DNA of 64,000 nucleotides from a bacterium (GCA_021780105.1 JAJXZJ010000059.1:3230-67229); one strand, 5' to 3'. Positions 44,245 through 57,000 are shown, counted from the stretch's first letter. Program-made: numbers and translations. The notes: a model not told the origin generated them from the letters alone.

Positions 44245-45149
44245 GCCACCGGTCCTCCGGTTTTCAGCGCGGTGACGAAGATTTCCTCCAGCGTCAGCGC
44301 CTCGGTGTTGATCGCCTCCGGCCGCAGCGCCTTCAGCCGCGCCAGCACCTCGGCCGAGTTGCCGTTGACGATCACCTCCAGCTCGCGGCCTTCGCGGCGG
44401 AAAACCTTCGCCTCGCCGAGGTCCACCACCGGCGGCTCCGTGGCGAACCGGGCGTAGATTTTCTGGTAACGCTCGCGGGCCGTGTCGGACGCCAGCGTCA
44501 TCACTTCGCGGCCGCGGTCAATGATCGTGAACTCGTCAATCAGCCCCTCGAATTCAGCGATCAGGTGCGTGGAGACGAACACGGTTCGCCGGCCGGGATC
44601 GCTTTCCTGGTAGGCGCCGATGACGGTTTCGATGAACTCGCGCCGGACGATCGGATCCAGCCCGGAGGTCGGCTCGTCGAGGACGAGCAGTTCCGGTTCG
44701 GGACAGATGGCCACGAGGAGCGCGAGCTGGGTGCGCTGGCCCTTCGAGAGGTGGCTGGTTTTCTGGCCCGGATCGAGGCGGAACTGGTCCAGCAGGGCAC
44801 GTTCGGTGTCGCGGTTCCACTGCTCGCGGAACGACGCGAGGTAATCCAGCGTTTCGCGGACGGTCATCCATGGGTAGAAGGCGACGTAGTCCGGCACGTA
44901 GGCGAGGCGGGATTTGACGGCGACCTCGTGCCGCGCGGGGTCGAGGCCGAAGACGCGAATGTCACCGGCGGTGGGCCGCAACAAGTTCAGCAGGCACTTG
45001 ATCGTAGTGGTCTTGCCGGCGCCGTTGCGGCCGAAGAAGCCGTAACAACGGCCGGGCGCGACGCGCAGGCTCAGGCCGTTCACGGCGTCGGTGTGGCCGT
45101 AGCGGCGGACCAGGTGCTGGATGTCAATGACGGGGGTTGCGGTGTTCAT
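44241..45149 (-). CDS. ABC transporter ATP-binding protein
   Basis: Walker A GRNGAGKTT, signature LSKGQRTQL, Walker B LLVLDEPTSGLD. A C-terminal extension is typical of ABC-2 partners. Confidence 0.9.
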   Translation of the reverse strand: MNTATPVIDIQHLVRRYGHTDAVNGLSLRVAPGRCYGFFGRNGAGKTTTIKCLLNLLRPTAGDIRVFGLDPARHEVAVKSRLAYVPDYVAFYPWMTVRETLDYLASFREQWNRDTERALLDQFRLDPGQKTSHLSKGQRTQLALLVAICPEPELLVLDEPTSGLDPIVRREFIETVIGAYQESDPGRRTVFVSTHLIAEFEGLIDEFTIIDRGREVMTLASDTARERYQKIYARFATEPPVVDLGEAKVFRREGRELEVIVNGNSAEVLARLKALRPEAINTEALTLEEIFVTALKTGGPVA

Positions 45150-45571
45150 GGTTTCTCCTGCTTGGATGAATTGGGTTCGGCATCGGCACGTTTTTGTTCA
45201 AAGGCGTCAAAGCGTTCTGCGGCCAGGGCGAGGAAGTCCGTCCGGCCGATCTGCAGGTGGTGCGCCTGCACGACCGCGTGGTCGAGTTCGTCCGCCAGCA
45301 ACTGGCGGCGGACCTCCTTGCGGAACGGCGAATTGTTCAAGCGAAGGAAGCAGCCCCGCCCGGCGACGGTCTCGATGATGCCCTGGCCCTCCAGTTCCGT
45401 GTAGGCCTTGGCCACCGTGTTGCGGTTGAGGCGGAGTTGCTCGGCGAGCGGGCGGATGGACGGCAGCGGCTCGCCGGGTTTCAGCGCGCCCGAGGCGGCG
45501 GCGGCCTTGATCTGGTCCACCACCTGGAGATAGACCGGCTTGCCGGATTTGAAATCGAGTTGAATAAGCAT
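45146..45571 (-). CDS. GntR family transcriptional regulator, YtrA subfamily
   Basis: 141 aa. Winged HTH (PGEPLPSIRPLAEQLRLNRNTVAKAYTELEGQGIIETVAGRGCFL) with the short two-helix C-terminus typical of YtrA-type regulators. Confidence 0.9.
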   Translation of the reverse strand: MLIQLDFKSGKPVYLQVVDQIKAAAASGALKPGEPLPSIRPLAEQLRLNRNTVAKAYTELEGQGIIETVAGRGCFLRLNNSPFRKEVRRQLLADELDHAVVQAHHLQIGRTDFLALAAERFDAFEQKRADAEPNSSKQEKP

Positions 45572-45626
45572 GGCAAACGGCGCCTTCGGGCGCGCGACCC
45601 CAGCCGGGCCGCGCGCCGGCCGGCGG

Positions 45627-45893
45627 TCACTTCAGTTTCGGTTCTAAAAAATCGGGCGAGGAATTGCCTTCGGAGGCGAGCGTGAATTTCTCCCACGCCT
45701 GGCCGGTGGCGGTGTCGAGGATAAAGGCGTGGCCGCCGCCCACGGCGACCGAGTAGCGGCCGGGCTGGCTGGCGCGACCGCCAGCAGCCACGGCCAAGGC
45801 AAGGACCACGCCCAGGAGCAGGCCGGCGGCGACGCTTTTGAAATCAAAGTGGGACGTTCGGGGTTGTCGCGCGGCAGGAAGCATCGGTTTCAT
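45627..45893 (-). CDS. Small single-TM hypothetical protein, first gene of the GntR/ABC operon
   Basis: 88 aa with an ATG start. TM helix VAAGLLLGVVLALAVAAG followed by a short soluble tail. Co-directional, 55 nt upstream of the GntR gene. Confidence 0.45.
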   Translation of the reverse strand: MKPMLPAARQPRTSHFDFKSVAAGLLLGVVLALAVAAGGRASQPGRYSVAVGGGHAFILDTATGQAWEKFTLASEGNSSPDFLEPKLK

Positions 45894-45916
45894 AAGGCTC
45901 AGGCTGATTGATTATG

Positions 45917-45936
45917 TGTCATAGGACAGTATGACA
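45917..45936. promoter_or_regulatory. Inverted repeat TGTCATA-N6-TATGACA (candidate GntR/YtrA operator)
   Basis: 7-bp perfect arms at 45917..45923 and 45930..45936, 24 nt upstream of the operon's first start codon. Confidence 0.4.
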
Positions 45937-46059
45937 GTTAGTATGGCCGGTCAAGAAATTGTTTGCACCGCCGAACGGCCCTCGCTGGCAGCGCGCGTCT
46001 GACAACTCCTGGTCACGAAAGCGTGACAACGGCGGCTGTTGCGGCAAAATGGTCGCGCT

Positions 46060-46689
46060 ATGTTTTCATTGCAGGAGCTGTTCGGAAAAGGCGACCGGTT
46101 CTACAAACTGCTCGAAGAGAGCGCACAGGAAGCGCATGAGAGCGTCCGGCTGCTCATCCAATTCCTCCAGAATCCGGACGGACGGAAGAACCTTGATGAT
46201 CTGGTGCTGGCGCGCCGGAAGGAAAAAAAAATCACCGAGCGGATCGGCGAGGAGCTGGTCAAAACGTTCATCACGGGCATCGAGCGCGAGGACATCGAGG
46301 CGCTTTCCCTGGCGCTCTATAAGATTCCCAAGACCGTGGAGAAGTTCGCGGAGCGGCTGGACATCGCCGCGCCCCACGTGGCCGGGGTGGATTTTACCCG
46401 CCAGGCGCAGGCGATGGAAAAGGCCACCGGCACGGTGGTCGCGATGATCGGGCAACTGCGCAACCTGCAGCAATTGCAGAAGATCAAGGAACTCAACAAC
46501 CGGCTGCAATACATCGAAGGCGAGGCGGACAAGCTGATGATCGAGCTGCTGCGCGACCTTTACAGCGGGCGGCACGAGGCGTTGAAGGTGGTGGTTCTCA
46601 AGGATCTCTACGAGTTGATGGAAAAGGTCATTGACCGGTGCCGGGACGCCGGCAACGTCGTGGTCGAGGTGGTGCTGAAGAATTCCTGA
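46060..46689 (+). CDS. DUF47 (PhoU-like, TIGR00153) protein associated with Pit
   Basis: ATG at 46060. MFSLQELFGKGDRFYKLLEESAQEAHESVRLL...IEREDIEALSLALYKIPKTVEKFAERL...IEGEADKLMIELLRDLY. Confidence 0.85.
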   Translation: MFSLQELFGKGDRFYKLLEESAQEAHESVRLLIQFLQNPDGRKNLDDLVLARRKEKKITERIGEELVKTFITGIEREDIEALSLALYKIPKTVEKFAERLDIAAPHVAGVDFTRQAQAMEKATGTVVAMIGQLRNLQQLQKIKELNNRLQYIEGEADKLMIELLRDLYSGRHEALKVVVLKDLYELMEKVIDRCRDAGNVVVEVVLKNS

Positions 46690-46709
46690 ACCGTCCACGC
46701 CTTCCAACC

Positions 46710-47797
46710 ATGACGCTCATCTTCACGGTCATCGTGGTGGCGTTGATTTTTGAATACATCAACGGCTTCCACGACACGGCGAACTCCATCGCCACGGTCG
46801 TTTCCACCAAGGTGCTCACGCCGCGGCAGGCGGTGGTGATGGCGGCGGTCACCAACCTTGCCGGCGCGATGTGGGGCACGGCCGTGGCCCAAACCATAGC
46901 CTCCGGCCTCGTGGACGCCACGTTCGTGAACTCGCAGGTGTTGATCGGCGCGCTGTTTGGCGCGATCGCCTGGAACCTCATCACCTGGTGGTTTGGGATG
47001 CCTTCCAGTTCGTCCCATGCGCTGGTGGGCGGGCTGTGCGGCGGCGCGCTGGCCGCGGCGCACAATCACTGGGACGTCGTCATCTGGTCCATCCCCTCGC
47101 ACCAACACTGGTGGATGGGCAAGGGCGTGTTGTGGAAGGTGGTGGCGCCGATGATCACATCGCCCATCTGCGGGCTGATCATCGGCTTTCTCGTGATGGG
47201 CCTGCTGTATTTTCTCTTGCGAAACTGGCGGCCGCAAACCGTCAACCGCGCCTTCGGCAAAATGCAGTTGTTCAGCTCGGCCTCGATGGGCTTCATGCAC
47301 GGCACGAACGACGCGCAAAAAACCATGGGCATCATCGCGCTGGCGCTGCTGACCGCAACGCAGACCGGAGTGTTTGCCCACCTTCCGGGCTGGCTTGGCT
47401 TCCTCCGCACGCCCACGCCGCCGGCGGGGGCGCCGCTCACCATCGCGCTTTGGATCAAGGTGGTTTGTGCGCTGGCGATGGCCAGCGGCACGGCCGCCGG
47501 CGGCTGGCGCATCATCAAGACGCTCGGCCACCGGATGGTCCGGTTGCAACCCGTCCACGGCTTCGCGGCGGAGACGACCTCGGCGACGGTCATCTTGGTG
47601 GCGACGAGTCTGGGCATCCCCGTGTCCACCACGCACATTGTTTCCGCGGCCATCATGGGCGTCGGCGCCGCCAAGCGTCTGGACGCGATCAAGTGGACGG
47701 TGGTCGAGCAGATGGTGTGGGCGTGGATTCTGACCATTCCCGCGGCCGGGCTGTTTGCCTACGGCGCCGTCCGCGCGATGATCGCCGCCGGCTGGAT

Positions 47798-47804
<7 letters not shown>
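46710..47804 (+). CDS. Inorganic phosphate transporter, PiT family
   Basis: ATG at 46710. FEYINGFHDTANSIATVVSTKVLTP, GMPSSSSHALVGGLCG, HGTNDAQKTMGII, IPVSTTHIVSAAIMGVG. Confidence 0.9.
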
Positions 47805-49258
<1,454 letters not shown>

Positions 49259-49347
49259 AATGCGTCAACGCGGTGACGCGCCGGCCAGCATAGTCCAACG
49301 GCGGAACCTCGCAGCGACAAATTTCAGGCGGGCAGGCGCGGCGGCGC

Positions 49348-52173
49348 TCAGGCCAGCTTCTTGATGGCCGCCTTCAACCGCGCGGCGATCTGCTTCTGAC
49401 GCGTCACCGATTCGATCTTCGGATGGTGCAGTTCCCGCACGTAGAACGTGTCCATCGCCGCGCCCTTTTCCGTGCAGATTTTGGCCACCACGATGTCCAC
49501 GTCCAGCTCCGCCAGCGTCCGCACGATGGCGAACAGCAGCCCGAACCGGTCCTCGGCCTCGATCTCGAGCACGGTGCCCAGCTCGGACGCGGCGTTGTCG
49601 AACGCCACCTCCGTCGGCAGCCGCTCGCCCTCGGACAGGCGTGGCAGCGCCACCGGCTTTTGCTGGAAGATCACCCGCGCCAGCGCCTCCTCGTCCTGCA
49701 GGCCCTCGTCCAGGTGTTGGCTGAAGAGCTGCTGCTGGCGCTCGGTGGCGGGCGAACTCGTCGCGGCATCCGTCACCAGGAACGTGTCCAGCACGATGCC
49801 ATCGGCGCGCGTGAACACCTCGGCGCTGAGAATGTTCAGCCGCGCCGCGGTCAGGGCGCCGGCAATCTTGCTGAACAGCCCGGTGCGGTCCCAGGTGCAG
49901 AGCCGGAGCCGGGAGTAGCCGCGATCCTCGTCATGCACCCACTCGACGACCGGCGCGAGCACGGCCGCCTGCTCGGCGCTCAACTGGACCATGAACCGGT
50001 GCGTGAGTGCGAGGTCGGCGAGTATTTCCGGGCCGGTGCGCAACTGGTAATAGCGCGCCGGCAGCGTGGCGAAATGCGCCGTCAGCTCGTCGTCGCTCAC
50101 GGTCTGGAGCGCTGCGGCGCGGATTTCCTCCTTCAACACCTCCCGCTGCCGCGCGTCCACCTGCAAGGGTTGTCCTCGGCCGGCCAGATACTCGTGGGTG
50201 CGGTGATGCAGCAGCCAGAGCAGCGATTCCTTGTGCCCGGTCCAGAGCTGGTCGCTCGTGCCCATGGAATCCGCAAACGTCAGCAGCGTGAGCAGGTTGA
50301 GCCGCTCCAGGGTCTGGACCAGCGTGGCGAAGCGGCGGATTTCCCCCGGATCGTCCAGGTTGCGCCGCTGCGACACCTGCACCATCGCCAGGTGATGGTG
50401 GACCAGGAAATGCAGGGCCGCCGTGGCCGCGGGATCCAGGTCCAGCCGCCGGGCCACGCTCAGGGCAATCCGCCCGCCGTCCTCCGCGTGGTGCCGGCTG
50501 CCGGTGGCCTTGCCGGTGTCATGGAGCAGCATGGCGAGGTAAAGAACGAACGGCCGCTCGACCTCCTGGAACAGCGGCGCATAGGCGGCAAACGGCCGCT
50601 CGGTCGCGCCCTGGATCTGGTCCAGTTTTTCCAGGCAGACAAGGACGTGCTCGTCCACGGCGTATTGGTGGAAGAACTCGTGCTGGACGCGGTTCGTGAG
50701 CTTCTCAAACGGCGGCAGGTAGCGCCCCAGCAGGCCGACCTCGTGCATGGCGCGCAAGGCCGGCGCCACCTCGCCGCGCTGGTTGAGGATTTCCAGGAAG
50801 GTTTTGCGCACGTGCGGGTCGCGGCGGAAGTTCTCGTCCAGCAGCTCCCCCCGGTGGCGGAGGCGCTGGACAATGTCCGGGCTGAGGGTGAGATGGCGCT
50901 GCTGGGCGTAGCGGAACACGCGCATCAGGCGCCGCGGATCCTCGCGGAACACGCGCTCCACCTCGGCGTGGACCTGCCCGTCCACAAACTTGAAGCCGTC
51001 CACCGCGTAGGCCGCGTTGCGGCGGCGTTCGCGCAGGAAGTGCCGCAGCGTGGGCAGGCGATGCGGCTGCGGCAACAGCGCCAGGCGCTGCTCCAGCGTG
51101 CGCGTGATGAGGTAGATCCGGCGCGAATGCGTGTAGTAATCGCGCATGAACTTCTCCTGCCGGACGGCCAGCGAGCGGTCCGTGTAGCCGAGGTGGTAGG
51201 CCACCGCCGGCTGGTAGTTGCGTGTCAGCACGTCCACCGGCCGCTCCGTGAGGTAGTGCAGTTCGTTGCGCACGCGCAGCAGGAAATCGTAACCGGCCTC
51301 CAGTTGCACCTCCTCCTCCTCGCTGATGAGGGCTTCCTTCCGCAGGTCCGCGAGCGTGCGGCTCTGGTATTTGAAGAAGGCCATCCAGAGCAGATTTTGA
51401 AAATCGCGCAGCCCGCCGCAACCGTTTTTGATGTTCGGCTCCTGCATGGCGGCGGAGTTGCCGTATTTGGTCCGGCGCGCGGCCTGGTCGGCCAGCCGCG
51501 CCTCAATGTATTCGTTTTCGTGCCGGCGCACGCACCGGGCCAGCACCGCCTGCTGCATCGCGGCAAACAACTTCGCGTCGCCGCAGATCAGCCGCGCCTC
51601 GATCAACGACGTTTTCGACTGCATGTCGCGGTTCGCGACCTCGACGCAGTCCGCCACCGTCCGGACGGAGTGGCCGACCTTCAGGCCGATGTCGAAAATC
51701 AGCCCGCCGGTGAACAGTTCCAGCGGCGCGGGCGGCGCTTTGCGCGCCCGGTTCTCGCCCTCCAGCAGCAGCATCACGTCCAGATCGCTGCACGGATTCA
51801 ACTCGCCCCGGCCGTAGCCGCCGATCGCCACCAGGGCGCAGGTCCGGCACACCTCGGCCGCCGCCGCGGCCGCTCCCGCCTGCAAATCCTCCATCGTGCG
51901 GCACAGCAGCGCGTCCACCACCCCGGCCCGGGCGCGGCAGATCGCGCGGCCGCCGGCGCCGTTCCGATGGAGCATGCGCAGGCGCTGCGTCTCGAAGCGC
52001 AGGAATCGCCGGTAGCGCGCCACCTCCTGCGCCGGATGCGTGCCGGGCGGGAGGGTGAGGCGCTTGTCGGCGTCGGCTTCGATGCTGTCGAGCAAGGTTT
52101 GCACCGCGCCGGAAGGTAGGCACCGGCCGGCGTCGCCGCAAGCGCGGAGCGCCGGCGAGTGTTTCCGTGACAA
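49348..52173 (-). CDS. glnD: [Protein-PII] uridylyltransferase / uridylyl-removing enzyme
   Basis: 941 aa. Nucleotidyltransferase motif ([21 protein letters not shown]), HD domain (LLHDTGK) and two C-terminal ACT domains. The start is uncertain: TTG at 52173 with no nearby ATG. Confidence 0.9.
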   Translation of the reverse strand: MSRKHSPALRACGDAGRCLPSGAVQTLLDSIEADADKRLTLPPGTHPAQEVARYRRFLRFETQRLRMLHRNGAGGRAICRARAGVVDALLCRTMEDLQAGAAAAAAEVCRTCALVAIGGYGRGELNPCSDLDVMLLLEGENRARKAPPAPLELFTGGLIFDIGLKVGHSVRTVADCVEVANRDMQSKTSLIEARLICGDAKLFAAMQQAVLARCVRRHENEYIEARLADQAARRTKYGNSAAMQEPNIKNGCGGLRDFQNLLWMAFFKYQSRTLADLRKEALISEEEEVQLEAGYDFLLRVRNELHYLTERPVDVLTRNYQPAVAYHLGYTDRSLAVRQEKFMRDYYTHSRRIYLITRTLEQRLALLPQPHRLPTLRHFLRERRRNAAYAVDGFKFVDGQVHAEVERVFREDPRRLMRVFRYAQQRHLTLSPDIVQRLRHRGELLDENFRRDPHVRKTFLEILNQRGEVAPALRAMHEVGLLGRYLPPFEKLTNRVQHEFFHQYAVDEHVLVCLEKLDQIQGATERPFAAYAPLFQEVERPFVLYLAMLLHDTGKATGSRHHAEDGGRIALSVARRLDLDPAATAALHFLVHHHLAMVQVSQRRNLDDPGEIRRFATLVQTLERLNLLTLLTFADSMGTSDQLWTGHKESLLWLLHHRTHEYLAGRGQPLQVDARQREVLKEEIRAAALQTVSDDELTAHFATLPARYYQLRTGPEILADLALTHRFMVQLSAEQAAVLAPVVEWVHDEDRGYSRLRLCTWDRTGLFSKIAGALTAARLNILSAEVFTRADGIVLDTFLVTDAATSSPATERQQQLFSQHLDEGLQDEEALARVIFQQKPVALPRLSEGERLPTEVAFDNAASELGTVLEIEAEDRFGLLFAIVRTLAELDVDIVVAKICTEKGAAMDTFYVRELHHPKIESVTRQKQIAARLKAAIKKLA

Positions 52174-52204
52174 CGCTGGCGCGGTTTTGGCATAACACCG
52201 CGCG

Positions 52205-53509
52205 ATGCACGATTTCCGCTACATCCGCGGGCGGCTCCACTGCGGCCAGGTCGCCCTCGAGGCGCTCGTGGCCCGGTTTGGCACGCCGCTTTACGTCTAT
52301 TCGCAAACGACGCTGGCCGACCATTTCCAGAAGCTGGCCGGCGCGCTGGCGCCGCTGGACCACCGCATCTGCTACGCGCTCAAGGCGAACTCGAACCTGG
52401 CCGTGCTCCGCACGTTCGCCGGGCTGGGCGCGGGGTTCGACCTCGTCAGCGGCGGCGAACTCGAGCGCGTCCTGGCCGGCGGCGGCGACCCGGCCAAATG
52501 CGTCTTCGCCGGCGTCGGCAAGACCGAGGCGGAGATCGCGCTGGCCCTGCGCCACGGCATTTACTGCTTCAACGTCGAGAGCGAGCCGGAGCTGGTCCGC
52601 ATCAACCGCGTGGCGGCGCGTTTGAAAAAGGTTGCGCCGGTGGCCGTGCGCGTGAACCCGAACGTGGACGCCGGCACGCATCACAAGATCACCACCGGCA
52701 CCTACGAGAACAAATTCGGCATCGCCTTCGAGACGGTGGAAGGCGTCTATGCCCGCGCGGCGAAATTGAAAAACCTCCGGCTGCGCGGCCTCCAGATGCA
52801 CATCGGCTCCCAGCTCACGGAGGTGACGCCGTTCCGGCAGGCCGTCGAGCGCGTGGCCCCGCTGGCGCAGCGGCTGGCGGCGCGGCACGGCTTCGAGTTC
52901 CTCAGCATCGGCGGCGGCCTGGGCATCGTCTATGAATCGGCGCTGGCCAGCGGCGCGGCGGCCTGGTGGCGCACGCCCGCGGGTCGCGGCATCCTCACGC
53001 CGGCCGGCTACGCCGCCGCGCTGGTGCCATTGCTCCGCCCGCTGGGGTTGAAGATTCTCGTCGAGCCGGGCCGCTTCCTCGTGGGCAATGCCGGCATTCT
53101 CGTGACCCGCGTCGAATACGTGAAGCGCACCGGCCATAAGAATTTTGTCATCGTGGACGCCGCCATGAACGACCTCATCCGGCCGGCGTTTTACGACGCC
53201 TACCACGAGATCGTGCCGGTGCGGCGCAAACCCGGCGCCACGGTGCCCTCGGATGTCGTCGGCCCGATCTGCGAGTCCGGCGACTATTTCGCGAAAGACC
53301 GGCCGCTGCCAAAGGTTGGCGAAGGCGACTGCCTGGCGCTGCTCAGCGCCGGCGCCTACGGCTCGGTGATGGGCTCGAACTACAACAGCCGTCCGCTTCC
53401 CGCCGAGGTGCTGGTGGACGGCGCCCGCGCGGCGCTGGTGCGCGAGCGCCAGCCGGTGGCGGCGATCTGGGCCGGCGAACGGCTGGCGCCCTGGCAACGC
53501 CGCCGATGA
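52205..53509 (+). CDS. lysA: Diaminopimelate decarboxylase
   Basis: ICYALKANSNLAVLR (PLP Lys), GAGFDLVSGGEL, HIGSQ, SIGGGLGI, VVGPICESGDYF, AGAYG. Confidence 0.92.
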   Translation: MHDFRYIRGRLHCGQVALEALVARFGTPLYVYSQTTLADHFQKLAGALAPLDHRICYALKANSNLAVLRTFAGLGAGFDLVSGGELERVLAGGGDPAKCVFAGVGKTEAEIALALRHGIYCFNVESEPELVRINRVAARLKKVAPVAVRVNPNVDAGTHHKITTGTYENKFGIAFETVEGVYARAAKLKNLRLRGLQMHIGSQLTEVTPFRQAVERVAPLAQRLAARHGFEFLSIGGGLGIVYESALASGAAAWWRTPAGRGILTPAGYAAALVPLLRPLGLKILVEPGRFLVGNAGILVTRVEYVKRTGHKNFVIVDAAMNDLIRPAFYDAYHEIVPVRRKPGATVPSDVVGPICESGDYFAKDRPLPKVGEGDCLALLSAGAYGSVMGSNYNSRPLPAEVLVDGARAALVRERQPVAAIWAGERLAPWQRRR

Positions 53510-54042
53510 AGAACATCGTCTATTTCGATCTGGAAACGCAGAAATCCGCCGACGACGTGGGCGGCTGGGGCAACATTCGTGACATGCGGATGAGCGTGGG
53601 CGTCACCTTCAGCACGACGCGCGGCACCTACGAGATTTACCCCGAATCGCGCGTGAACGAGCTGATCGAGGAACTGCGGCGCGCCGACCTCGTCGTGGGC
53701 TTCAATGTCCTCCGGTTCGACTACGAGGTGCTGGTCGGGCACAACCCGTTTTTCGATCCGGCGCAGGTACCGACGCTGGACATGCTGGTTGAATTGCAGA
53801 AGACCCTGCCGCACCGGCTCTCACTGGACGCCATCGCCACGGCCACGCTCGGCGTGGAAAAAACCAGCGAGGGCCTGCAGGCCATCCGCTGGTATCGCGA
53901 GGGCAAGCTGTTGGAGATCGCGGAATATTGCTGCTTCGACGTGAAGATCACCCGGCTCGTCCACGAATACGGCGCCGCGCACCGGCAGCTTCATTTCGTG
54001 AACCGCTTTGGCAAACGCCTCACCGTGCCGGTGGCGTGGTGA
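53506..54042 (+). CDS. RNase H-like / DEDD 3'-5' exonuclease domain protein
   Basis: The ATG overlaps the lysA stop. IVYFDLET (Exo I), VVGFNVLRFDYEVL (Exo II), EYCCFDVKIT (Exo III-like). Confidence 0.6.
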   Translation: MKNIVYFDLETQKSADDVGGWGNIRDMRMSVGVTFSTTRGTYEIYPESRVNELIEELRRADLVVGFNVLRFDYEVLVGHNPFFDPAQVPTLDMLVELQKTLPHRLSLDAIATATLGVEKTSEGLQAIRWYREGKLLEIAEYCCFDVKITRLVHEYGAAHRQLHFVNRFGKRLTVPVAW

Positions 54043-54060
54043 CGCGGCGGGGACCGCGCC

Positions 54061-57000
54061 TCACTTCTGCGCCGTCTGTTCCGCAGCCGGCGGCACGGCG
54101 GGCTGTTCGATTTCCCAGCCGCCGCCCAGCGCCTTGTAAACCGCCACCAGCGAGGTTGCCGTCTTGAGCTGGCTCTGCGCCAGTTGCTCCTGGATGGACA
54201 ACTGCGTCCGTTGCGCGTCCAGCACGGTGAGGAATTCGTCAATGCCGCTCTGGTACCGTTGGTTGGCGAGCGCCACGGCGTCTTCCGCGGCGCGGGCCGA
54301 GGCAATCAGGTAGTCTCGGCGGGCCTGCGCGCGGTCGAACTCCACCAGCATGTCCTCGGTTTCTTCCAGCGCCGTAAGCACGGTCTTTTCATACGTGGCG
54401 AGCTGCGCGTCGGCCTCCGCGTGCGCGGCCTGCATCCGGGCGCGCACCCGGCCCAGGTCCAGCGCGGCCCAAGTGATCTGCGGCCCGAAGGAGTAGGTGT
54501 CGGCGCCGGATTTGAAAAGGCCCGACACTTCGCCCGCCGACACGCCGAGATTGCCGTTGAACGTGACCCGCGGGAACAGGTCGGCCGTCTCCACGCCGAT
54601 GCGTGCCGTGGCGGCGGCGAGGGAACGCTCGGCGGCGCGGATGTCCGGCCGGCGGCGCAGGAGTTCCTCCGGCCGGCCGAGGTTCACCAGCGCGGGCAGC
54701 GCCGGGATGGGCGCGGGGCTGGCGAGTTCCGGCTCCAGTGTTGCGGGCGGCTGGCCGATCAGGACGCTCAGCCGGTAGATGTTTTCCTTGATGCTGGCCT
54801 GCAGCGGCGGGACGAGCGCCAGCGTGGCGTTCAATTGCGAGCGGGCGCGGGCGGCGTCCAGCTCCGTGGCGCGGCCGGCCTTGAGCTTGGCCAGCGTGAT
54901 GTCCAGCGTGTCCTGCTGGTTGGTCACGTTGCGGCGGGCGACATCCAGTTCGTTTTGCGTGCCGCGCAACTCAAAATAATTCCGCGCCACCTCGGCAATG
55001 AGGCTCACGAGCACGTCCCGGCGCGACGCCTCGGCTGCGGCGACGTCCGCCGTGCTGGCCTCGACCGAACGCCGGACGCGGCCGAACAAATCCACCTCCC
55101 AGGTCGCGTCGAAGCCGGCACTGTAAAGCTGCAGCTCGCGTGCGCTGCGCGGCACAGAGAAGAAGGGAATCGAGTCCTTGCTCGCCAGCGATTTGTTGTA
55201 ACCGGCGCTGCCGGTGATGGTCGGCGCCAGGTCCAGCACCGCCTGGGAGCGCAACGCGCGCGCCTCCCGCAGGCGCGCGGTGGCGATGCGGAGGTCGTGG
55301 TTCGTCGCCACGGCGCGGTCCACGAGCTGGTTGAGCGTGGCGTCGTTGAAGCCGCGCCACCAGGTGACGGCGACGGGTGCGGCGGCGAAATTCGTCGCCC
55401 CGCCGTTGGCGAACGCGGCGCTCACCTGGGTTTGCGGCGGGTGATAATTCGGCCCGGCCGCGCAGCCGCTGAGGAACAGCGTCGAGACGGCGCCCAGCAG
55501 AGCCAGGCTGGTCAACACGCCGGCGATCTTGCCGCCGGGGAGCGCGGCGCCGGCGGCCCGTTTCCGGCGCTCCAGCACGCCGCGGATGACAACGTAGAAG
55601 ACCGGCGTCAGGAAGATGCCGAAAAACGTCACGCCCAACATGCCGAAAAACACCGCGGTGCCGATGGCCACGCGCATTTCCGCGCCGGCGCCGCGGGAGA
55701 GCATCAGCGGGATCACGCCGAAGGTGAACGCGAACGAGGTCATCAGAATGGGCCGCAGCCGCAGGCGCGAGGCTTCGATGGCCGCCTCGACACGGTTCCG
55801 GCCGGCGTCCTGAAGCTGCTTGGCGAACTCGACGATGAGGATGGCGTTTTTGCACGCCAGGCCCATGAGCACCACCAGCCCGATCTGGGTGAAGAGGTTG
55901 TTGTCAATGCCCCGCAGCCAGATGCCGCCGATGGCAAAGAGCAGGCACATGGGCACGATGAGGATGATCGCCAGCGGGAGCGACCAGCTTTCGTATTGGG
56001 CGGCGAGCACCAGGAACATCATCAGCACGCAAAGCGGGAAGATGTAGAGCGCGGTGTTGCCGGCGAGGATTTGCAGCAGGTTCAAATCGGTCCACTCGAT
56101 CGTCATGCCATGCGGCAGGACGCGCTGCGCCAGCTCGTCCATGGCCCGGATCGCCTCGCTGGCACTGACGCCCGGCGGCGTCGCGCCGGTGATTTCCGCC
56201 GTCGGATACATGTTATAATGGCCGACGAGGACCGGCGCGTTGATGTCGCGCACCTTCACCAACGTGCTCAGCGGAATCATTTCGCCGTGGTCGTTGCGCA
56301 CCTTGAGGTTTTTGACGTCGCCCGGCTGCGCGCGGAACGGCGCGTCGGCCTGCGCCACGACGTGGTAGGGCCGGCCGTAGATCGTGAAGTCGTTCACGTA
56401 AAGCGAGCCGAGATAGACGGAGAGCGTGTCCCACACGTCGCTCAACGGCACGCCGAGCGACTCGGCCTTGGCGCGGTCCACGTCGAGATTAACCTGCGGC
56501 ACGCCGGCGCGGAAGGTGGACAACGCCCCGGCGATCCGGTGTTGCGGGTCCTGCATGGCGGCGCCGGCGAGCTGGTAGGTGGCCGCCTGCAATGCCGTGT
56601 AACCGTTGTTTCCGCGGTCCTCGACCTGGAGCTTGAACCCGCCCACGATGCCCAGGCCGTCCACCGGCGGCATGCCGAAGAAACGGACGACCGCGTCCTG
56701 GATGTTCGCGGCCGCGAGCCTGGCGTTCAGTTGGTTGACGATCGCGTCGGCCGTGAGGCCCGTCTTCGCGCGCTCTTCAAATGGCTTGAGGCGGATGAAC
56801 ATGCTGGAGGCGTTGGCGCTGTTGCCCAGCGAAACCAGCGAAAGGCCGGCGAACTCGGAGACGGCCTCGATCCCGGGCGTCTCCCGGATGAGCTGGTAAA
56901 CCCGGCTGCTCACGCCTTCCGTGCGCTGGAGCGAGGCGCCGTCCGGAAGCTGCATGTAGCAGAAGATCGCGCCCTTGTCCTGCGTGGGAATGAAGCCGGT

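Noticed and set aside
45911-45940. A canonical PhoB Pho box upstream of DUF47-pit
   Set aside because: The two CTGTCAT-like half-sites are adjacent (8-bp period), not 11 bp apart. They are also closer to the GntR operon than to the pit operon start. This is kept only as an alternative reading within the operator finding.
49423-53497. Long ORFs 49423..52119 (+, 898 aa) and 51503..53497 (-, 664 aa)
   Set aside because: They are antisense to glnD and lysA respectively, and both real genes have diagnostic motifs.
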